Origin: Treponema sp. UBA937
GTDB taxonomy: Bacteria; Spirochaetota; Spirochaetia; Treponematales; Breznakiellaceae
Direction of reading: 5' to 3'
NCBI GenBank assembly: GCA_002293455.1
Contig: DBDH01000102.1
Span: forward strand, 26,418-47,368
Length of the DNA stretch: 20,951 nucleotides
Shown: in pieces, positions 14,846-20,951 of the stretch
Layout: every line of letters starts with the position of its first letter
How positions within the stretch are numbered: position 1 is the stretch's first letter
Made by a program: the position numbers and the translations under genes
The notes under the pieces: model-generated
What the model saw: only the letters and a program-made list of their open reading frames with translations
Told to the model about the DNA's origin: nothing
Databases searched by the model: none

Positions 14846-16690
14846 TCATGTCTCTTTCACCGCGTATGCTTCAAACGTATCTCCCAGGCCGAAACATCTG
14901 CTGAGCCGGTTTACGGCATTATACATCATTCCTTCGTTTTTGTGTATAAAGGGAAAACGTTCGGGATGATGTCCGGTAACGGCTATTTTTTCTACATCAA
15001 GATGATACGGTTTCAGCGCATTCATTGTCTTCCGCGGATTCCAAACGCTCCAGTGATCCGCGGGACTTTTATCGAAAAAATCATTTCTGTTCCGAAGGGC
15101 TGAAATCCCCGTTCCCGACGGCGTTGAAAAAGCAAAAACCCCACCGGGCTTTAACCATGCCGCTATTTTTTTCAAAGCCGCCCTTGTGTCTTCAAAATGT
15201 TCGATAACATACCACAGGGAAATAACATCGAAGCCGTCTTTTAATACATCTTTTGGAAGATCAATGTCCGGGAAAAAACCCTGAAAGGCCGGGATTCCAA
15301 GCGTTTCAGTTACATAGTGTACGGCGTCTTGGGATGGATCGATTCCGAAGGCATCGAAGCCTTCGTCTTTGGCGGCCAGGAGAAAGGGACCATAAGCACA
15401 GCCAATGTCCAAAAGCCGGAACGGTTCGGCAGATGCTGTATGACGCAATATTTCTATAATATGTAACATTCTGTTTTTTGCCATGTTAAGCAGATGTAGA
15501 AAATCCTCCAGATATGTTTTTCCGTACTGTTTTTTATAATCGCCGAAAAAATAATCTTCCGTGTATTGTACGGAAGAAGGATAAAGCCTTAACATGTATT
15601 CCATAGAACAGTAATTGCAGCGCTTGTATGTCCGGTCATAAAAGCGCGCAGCAATAGGATGATTCAACGATGACGCGCCGCACACCGGACATGTCCGGGA
15701 AATGTTAACATCAAAAGCTCTTATTATGTCAATGAAAGATTGACGCGGAACTGTGTCCAGTTTTTGTTCGCAACATATTTTTTTTGACGCGGCAATAATC
15801 TTTTCGAGAAATTTTTTCTTGAAATGAGAAAAGTTTTTTTCCGCATTCCGCAATGTTTTTAAAGCGCGATTCTTTGTTCCTAATGTTACAAAACCGGTTC
15901 CTCTGGCAAGCTGTTCGTGGTACCTTGTAGGCGACGTGATAAGAACCGGAACGCCCGCGTGAAGCGCTTCAAAGGCGGTGATTCCAAAGTGAGTAAGCAC
16001 AAGATCGTATTGATACAGCGTTTCTCTTAAACCGGAAAAAGGCCGCACAATATTGATATTCGGCGGCAAAGTTTTTTCATCCGAAACAGGATTTTTACGT
16101 ACAACATCGATAATGATATTTTCTGTTGAAGCAAGTTCCATTGATAACAAGAGACTCATGTCGGAGGCGTCTTCCATGCCGAAGACAGAAAGAATCTTAA
16201 AAGGATTTATTTCAGAATATTGAAAAAATTGTGCGCGGCGCTTCTTCGGAAGGGAAAGCAAGGATGGGCCGGAGATATTTGCTTTGCTCCGCCCGGAAGG
16301 CCCCGGAAGAATATCGATAAGGAAATCAAACGCATCTCTTTTTGAGCCGCCTTCATCGACGGCTATTACTGGAGCAATGTTTGACCAGAAAACGTAATCC
16401 GCTTCACTGCTCTGAAAATTATCCAGGATAATGAACGACCATTTTTCTTTTTCCGGTTCAGATGAAACAATCCATTCAGGATCGATTGTAGACAAAAAAG
16501 GAAATTGCCGCGCCGCAGGATCGCTAAGGATTTCATCACGAATAAAAATATATGCTTCAATTCCCGCCTGCCGTAATTCCCCGGCATACGTTACAGAGCG
16601 GACAAGATGCCCTCCCCCTTTTCCTTTTTCAACGCGGGGAACAAAGAGGATTTTTCCAACAGTGTTTGTTTTTTCTTTTTTTAATTTCAT
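14846..16690 (-). CDS. Fusion: PseG/SpsG-like UDP-sugar hydrolase (GT-B-like) N-domain plus Zn-ribbon plus class I SAM-dependent methyltransferase C-domain
   Basis: N-terminus GKILFVPRVEKGKGGGHLVRSVTYAGEL resembles the PseG G-x-G-H-x-x-R motif. Mid-protein CPVCG...CNYCS Zn-ribbon. The C-terminus has methyltransferase motif I LLDIGCAYGPF and a post-I acidic residue (GIDPS). Its start is 1 nt after the upstream cytidylyltransferase stop. Confidence 0.55.
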   Translation of the reverse strand: MKLKKEKTNTVGKILFVPRVEKGKGGGHLVRSVTYAGELRQAGIEAYIFIRDEILSDPAARQFPFLSTIDPEWIVSSEPEKEKWSFIILDNFQSSEADYVFWSNIAPVIAVDEGGSKRDAFDFLIDILPGPSGRSKANISGPSLLSLPKKRRAQFFQYSEINPFKILSVFGMEDASDMSLLLSMELASTENIIIDVVRKNPVSDEKTLPPNINIVRPFSGLRETLYQYDLVLTHFGITAFEALHAGVPVLITSPTRYHEQLARGTGFVTLGTKNRALKTLRNAEKNFSHFKKKFLEKIIAASKKICCEQKLDTVPRQSFIDIIRAFDVNISRTCPVCGASSLNHPIAARFYDRTYKRCNYCSMEYMLRLYPSSVQYTEDYFFGDYKKQYGKTYLEDFLHLLNMAKNRMLHIIEILRHTASAEPFRLLDIGCAYGPFLLAAKDEGFDAFGIDPSQDAVHYVTETLGIPAFQGFFPDIDLPKDVLKDGFDVISLWYVIEHFEDTRAALKKIAAWLKPGGVFAFSTPSGTGISALRNRNDFFDKSPADHWSVWNPRKTMNALKPYHLDVEKIAVTGHHPERFPFIHKNEGMMYNAVNRLSRCFGLGDTFEAYAVKET

Positions 16691-16691
16691 A

Positions 16692-17369
16692 TTACGAAAA
16701 AAGTTCCTTGTGACATTTAATAATCATTTCACCGAAAGCGGGATGTATCACGCCGGTATTCAAAGCATCATACAGACGCTGGGCTTTAGTATAATCTTCC
16801 ATGGTATCAACGGTAATCCGTACTTCGGGATGCTGCCATTTCAAAGGAGGCAAAGGCCTGTGAAGGGAAAAGGTTTCCGGATGATGATACAAATATGGAC
16901 AGACATGTTCCCGTTCCGCCGGAAGGGACGCTTCCTTTTCGGCTTTGAGAAGTGCTTCGGCTTTAACCGATTCAATTCCGGCGCCGTGAGGAATACAGGC
17001 ATATCCGGCATAATCCGCGTGAAGAACGCTTGCTTCTTCATGCAGAAGATTCGCGGCATCGGCAAAGACAAAAGGATTGTCTCCTGTAGCGCGGATAATG
17101 CGCTCAGGCTTATAGACGCGGATAACATCACAGTAACGCGCAAGAACATCGTGTTTGGAACCGGCCGCGATTTCAAATCCGCCTTCTTTGGCAAGAGGTT
17201 CAAACGTTTTGTAACTGTCTTCCGGGCAGGCAAGCACAAAAATATCGGCGTGAATGTTTTTCAAGGCTTCCATAACGCGGAAAATGAGCGGTTTTCCGCC
17301 TAAGGGAAGCATCGTTTTTTGGGGAAGCCTGGAAGAATCAAGCCTTGCCTGGAGAATAAGGGCCGTCAT
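16692..17369 (-). CDS. acylneuraminate/nonulosonate cytidylyltransferase (SpsF/PseF-like, CTP_transf_3 family)
   Basis: LILQARLDSSRLPQKTMLPLGGKPLI matches the SpsF/NeuA N-terminal nucleotide-binding motif, plus GDNPFV. Start placed at the second ATG (17369) for an ATGA overlap with the upstream gene's TGA; the ORF track starts at 17387. Confidence 0.7.
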   Translation of the reverse strand: MTALILQARLDSSRLPQKTMLPLGGKPLIFRVMEALKNIHADIFVLACPEDSYKTFEPLAKEGGFEIAAGSKHDVLARYCDVIRVYKPERIIRATGDNPFVFADAANLLHEEASVLHADYAGYACIPHGAGIESVKAEALLKAEKEASLPAEREHVCPYLYHHPETFSLHRPLPPLKWQHPEVRITVDTMEDYTKAQRLYDALNTGVIHPAFGEMIIKCHKELFS

Positions 17370-18359
17370 AGAGCGGGTTTTTCCCATCGTTCTATAAGTT
17401 TGCGGGCATCACACTTAAAGCGGTACTTGTTGATTTCTACCCATTTCCGGGCGGCGAAAAAATCTTCCCAGTCTTCAAAAGGATTATCGCGAAACCGTAA
17501 CATATAAGAAGGGCAGCGCCGCAGGGGAATATGCGCGCTGTCTCCCCGGTACACGGGGGCAAGATTCTTAAGGTAAAAACGTTTGTAACTTTCTTCTACC
17601 GTTGAATCTTCCGATGGAATATCGCCGTCATAGGACATTCTCACAAGCTGAGTGCCCGCGATTTCCTCGCCCCAAAGCCAAGAACGAAATCCAAAATCCG
17701 CAAACTGCCAATGGGAATTGGAAAGCGTCTTGTCAAAACCGCCAAGCCGGATAAAACGTTCCCTGTCATAAATGCCGATACCGTCAAAAGGATAGAGCGT
17801 CATCTCCCCTTCCGTGTTTAGCGCGGAAGGAACTGTTTTTACGGAATCTTTAAAATACGCGGGCGACATTATGGTAGGAAGCGTTTCAAAATGACTGTTC
17901 TGAATAACAGGAACCGTACAAAGTCTTTTATATACTGATGTATCATCTCCCGATTCTGACGGCTTTTCGTTCAGCATCCGTTTGGCCATTTTCGCGGCTC
18001 CGCCGCCGTGAAGAATCCTGATATCATTCCATAACACAAAAAATAAAGAACCGGTAAGTTCGGACACCGCGAGGTTAACCTGTTCCCCTACAGAAACAGC
18101 TTGTTTCAAAAGAATAAATTTTACCGACGGAAAACGGATGGAAAGGTCTTCAACATCGTAGCGTTCCTCCGGTCCTTCCAGCGAAATAATGTAATCGAAG
18201 CCGTTTTTCTCCAATTCCTGAAAAAGCGTACGCCGCGGATAACGCCCGCCGCGGTTTAGGAGAACAGCCGACAATCCGCTGTTCCCGGCTCTTTGAATTC
18301 CGCCCACCACCGTATAAGAAGGCAGCGAATGATTAAAAGTTGTAGGTATAGTATTCATC
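17366..18359 (-). CDS. putative glycosyltransferase, GT-A (GT2-like) fold; start uncertain (ORF track extends to 18457)
   Basis: C-terminal GT2-like motif block (GIYDRERFIRLGGFDKTL...ADFGFRSWLWG). The 5-prime end would overlap the conserved SPASM-cysteine region of the upstream gene if started at 18457, so the ATG at 18359 (27-nt overlap) is favoured. No clear RBS at any candidate start. Confidence 0.4.
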
Positions 18360-19925
18360 GCATACCGCACATAAGGGCGGATATTTTTTATCCGCATGGG
18401 CAAGGTATATTTCCATACCCGTTTCCCAAATTGATTCAAGTGAATCACGAAAGACATTTCCTAAAACCGGACTGCCCGGAGCAGTCAATACTTCTTTGCA
18501 CAGAGGAACAGTTCCGTCAATCAAAATAGATACATCCCTCATACAATGCCAGCAAGGATTTCTGTTGATGGGAGATAAATCCGATGCTTGCAGTTTTTCC
18601 CGCGTTCCGCAAAAATCATCATATTTTTGCACGATGATGTTTACGCCGCGTTCCTTCCATCGGCGGTAAAACTGTTCGAGATCATCTTCATAGCCTTTTA
18701 CGCGGACAGCCTGAACGTAAGTATCCTTGGGAAAAAGCTGAAAGAGTTTTTCCGCGGTCTGACGCGCTTCCGTAAAACCGGGGCCGCGGATTTCTTTGTA
18801 ACGGGAAGGATTGTCTGAATCCAAGGATACAATCCACGAAAGCGGCGCTTCTCCGTTCAGCCTGGCTCCCGCTTTTTTTGCCATGAAAGCAATCTGTTCC
18901 AATTCCGCTTCAATCCAGCCGATGCCGGAAGTTTCGATAATCAAAGATAAAGCAGGACGCGCCAATACCGCCTGAATCAATTCCAGCTTTTGAGGGTGAA
19001 GCGCGGTTTCCCCCCAAAGGGAAAGATCGATTACGGCATCTCCCGAAAAGGCAATAACGCGGTCAAGAAGCGTTTCAAATTGATTAACATCCATAAAATC
19101 CCGGCGTTCAAGGATTGATGTTCCATCATGTTTTCCAAAATTAGGATAAGGGCAGATGGAGCATTCCTGCGGGCAGGGGCCGGAAACCTGAACGGCATAA
19201 AAAGCCGGCAAAGTCCGCAAAGCGGGAACATTGTTTTCGATTATTTCCGCCGCGTTTTCTGTACCGGACAATCCGGCATCGATAAGCCGTTTTAAGAGCA
19301 GCATGTTTCTTTTTGAATCGGCAGTCAGGCTCAAGCGGTATCCCCGTAAATCCACCGGGGAAATTTCAGTTTCAATATCGAAAGCATTGATGTCCTTTTG
19401 CAAGACCGAAAAGATGCAGTCGCGTTCGACAGGGCCGTCCGCATCGCCAAGAATTTTTGAAAGAATTCCGGCGGTTCCGCGGCAAAGTATTTCCGGCGCC
19501 ATCCCGTAAGGCCAGCCGTCGGCATACGAATATTCGGCAGCGTATTGCGTGTGCCGCTTGTATATTGCCAGAGCCATGTCAGGATCAAGCAAAGGAGCGT
19601 CAGCCCAGGCAAAAAAAGTATGATCGAACTGTTCCCCTTCTTTGGAAATGCATTCCAGAAGCGCCCGTTTTGTCCAGGAATCCTTACTGATTACATCGAT
19701 TTGCGGAGAAATGGATTTACAAGGCCCATCATCTTGTAATAAGAGAAGACACTTTGAAACATCGGGAAACGACCTCGCCCTTTCCAAAGCCTTTTCCAGG
19801 GCATTTTTCCCGCCGAATACCGGTTCCGCCGCAAAATGATTTAACTGTCCGCCATAAAGCACCACAAGATTATTCATACTTTCACAGTATCGGCAATTAG
19901 CAAGGAGCAATTGAGGCTGTTTCAT
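18333..19925 (-). CDS. Fusion: cytidylyltransferase-like (CTP_transf_3-like, probably degenerate) N-domain plus radical SAM domain with C-terminal SPASM/twitch cysteines
   Basis: CPQECSICPY gives a CxxxCxxC radical-SAM cluster (about 19150-19195). The C-terminus CWHCMRD...PLCKE...CAVCDEYY is SPASM-like. The N-terminal ~230 aa parallel SpsF-type cytidylyltransferases (LVVLYGGQLNHFAAEPVFGGKNAL; ADAPLLDPDMALAI) but lack the R-x-x-S-x-R-L-P-x-K signature. The ORF-track start is TTG at 19949; the first ATG at 19925 has GAGGAA about 10 nt upstream. Confidence 0.6.
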   Translation of the reverse strand: MKQPQLLLANCRYCESMNNLVVLYGGQLNHFAAEPVFGGKNALEKALERARSFPDVSKCLLLLQDDGPCKSISPQIDVISKDSWTKRALLECISKEGEQFDHTFFAWADAPLLDPDMALAIYKRHTQYAAEYSYADGWPYGMAPEILCRGTAGILSKILGDADGPVERDCIFSVLQKDINAFDIETEISPVDLRGYRLSLTADSKRNMLLLKRLIDAGLSGTENAAEIIENNVPALRTLPAFYAVQVSGPCPQECSICPYPNFGKHDGTSILERRDFMDVNQFETLLDRVIAFSGDAVIDLSLWGETALHPQKLELIQAVLARPALSLIIETSGIGWIEAELEQIAFMAKKAGARLNGEAPLSWIVSLDSDNPSRYKEIRGPGFTEARQTAEKLFQLFPKDTYVQAVRVKGYEDDLEQFYRRWKERGVNIIVQKYDDFCGTREKLQASDLSPINRNPCWHCMRDVSILIDGTVPLCKEVLTAPGSPVLGNVFRDSLESIWETGMEIYLAHADKKYPPLCAVCDEYYTYNF

Positions 19926-20139
19926 CCTCTGTGTTCCTCTGTGTAACAATTTCTTTTGCCGTGATCAATTGGCAATCCTCTATTGAACAAAACATATCCG
20001 GCTGGTAAGATAAGGAATGACATTTTTCCTACATTTTGTAATATGAAGGTCATCGGTTTGTGTTCTCTGCATCTCAGCCGTATTCAGCTTCTAATACATT
20101 AAAGTCAAGTATTTTTTGTCAATTAACATGAGAGGTTAT

Positions 20140-20951
20140 ATGCGTTCGTTAGGTATCAATATTGGATCAACAAGTTTAAAGATGGTGATGGCGGAGGATA
20201 CGCTCCCGGTTTGGAGCGCGGCGCTTCCCCATGAAGGGGATTTCGCCGCGGTTGTGCATAAGTTATTGGCGGAAGGTCATATCCCCGAAGGTATCCCAAC
20301 TCTTGTTACCGGAAATGAAGGCCGCTTTATGTTTGACGCGGCGGGAACGCTGGAGCCGCTTTGCGTAGAAGCGGCTCTTAAAGCCTTGGGCTTAAAGGCC
20401 GACGCGGTAGTCTCGATGGGAGGTGAGGACCTTGTCGTCTATTCTCTCGATAAAGACGGAAAGATTATCAATAACTTTTCCGGAAACAAATGCGCTTCGG
20501 GAACCGGGGAATTCCTGAAACAGCAGCTTGCCCGCATGGACATGACCCTTGCCGATATTGACAAAGTGCCTGACACCGCAAAGGTGCATTCGCTTTCTAC
20601 CCGCTGTTCGGTTTTTATGAAGAGCGATTGTACCCACCGCCTCAACAAGCGCGAAGCCACGAAAGACGACATCGTTTTGTCTCTGTCCGATGTCATGGCC
20701 GTAAAGGTTATCGACTTTTTGAAGCGCGCGCGCGTGAACTCTGGAAAGGTTGTGCTCACGGGGGGCATCACCCTTAACCGCCATATTATCCGCTTTATCC
20801 GGGAAAAAGCTCCGGGGATTGAGTTCATCATCCCCGAAACGGCTCCTGTGTTTGAAGCGCTTGGAGCGGCGAATCTTGCCATAACACTCGGAACGCCGCT
20901 TCCCCCGGTTGATAATCTTTTAAAGCCGAACGCCATCCGCTTTGATACGCT
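20140..20951 (+). CDS. BadF/BadG/BcrA/BcrD-type ATPase (CoA-substrate-specific enzyme activase, HgdC-like), 5-prime partial; runs off the window end
   Basis: Translated by hand from the ATG at 20140 (GAGAGG 6 nt upstream) with no stop before 20951. LGINIGSTSLKMV and NKCASGTGEFL are the two hallmark ATP-binding motifs of this family. Absent from the ORF track because it has no in-window stop. Confidence 0.6.
   Translation, partial: MRSLGINIGSTSLKMVMAEDTLPVWSAALPHEGDFAAVVHKLLAEGHIPEGIPTLVTGNEGRFMFDAAGTLEPLCVEAALKALGLKADAVVSMGGEDLVVYSLDKDGKIINNFSGNKCASGTGEFLKQQLARMDMTLADIDKVPDTAKVHSLSTRCSVFMKSDCTHRLNKREATKDDIVLSLSDVMAVKVIDFLKRARVNSGKVVLTGGITLNRHIIRFIREKAPGIEFIIPETAPVFEALGAANLAITLGTPLPPVDNLLKPNAIRFDT

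Noticed and set aside
16431-17303. 290-aa plus-strand ORF antisense to the cytidylyltransferase/PseG genes
   Set aside because: It is an antisense shadow ORF rich in F/R/G from the GC-skewed third positions of the real minus-strand genes. The minus-strand products have clear family motifs.
1-20951. CRISPR arrays, IS elements, integrase or transposase genes
   Set aside because: I found no regularly spaced direct repeats, terminal inverted repeats with transposase ORFs, or integrase-like ORFs. The putative islets therefore lack a visible mobility gene in this window.

Overview
The window looks like a spirochete (Treponema-like) chromosomal segment of roughly 50% GC. That placement rests on a FlaA-type flagellar sheath gene, a long 6-phosphofructokinase, and an arginase paired with gltX. 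All protein calls come from motif recognition by eye and alignment from memory. No database search or computation was possible.

Plus-strand core genes: 6-phosphofructokinase (165-1514); a LarA-superfamily (DUF2088-like) protein (1537-2868); an SPFH/band-7 protein (3547-4656) followed 9 nt later by a small cupin (4666-5010); tRNA-Asp(GTC) and tRNA-Pro(CGG) (5082-5265) with their own sigma70-like promoter; gltX (5366-6877), translationally coupled by an ATGA overlap to an arginase (6874-7782).

Odd non-coding stretch: between the LarA-like gene and the SPFH gene (3049-3480) sits a promoter-fed run of four degenerate tRNA-like units that cannot fold into canonical cloverleaves. It is followed by a GC-rich block of nested inverted repeats.

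Possible islet on the minus strand: an AT-richer stretch (about 7772-10300) holds a TIR-like plus ankyrin-repeat protein, then tRNA-Phe(GAA) with a clean terminator, then a RelA/SpoT small-alarmone-synthetase domain fused to TPR repeats. This is the best candidate for an accessory or defence-type insertion at a tRNA.

Long minus-strand operon (19949 back to 11588): a cytidylyltransferase-like/radical-SAM(SPASM) fusion, a GT-A-like glycosyltransferase, an SpsF/PseF-like cytidylyltransferase, a PseG-like/SAM-methyltransferase fusion, a long ATP-grasp enzyme, an Amidase_3 cell-wall amidase and a GerMN-domain protein. Immediately after it comes a monocistronic flaA-like gene with a textbook sigma70 promoter and a bidirectional terminator. 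The simplest reading is a nonulosonic-acid-type glycan tailoring cluster next to flagellar genes.

Window edge: a BadF/BcrA-type ATPase gene starts at 20140 and runs off the end.
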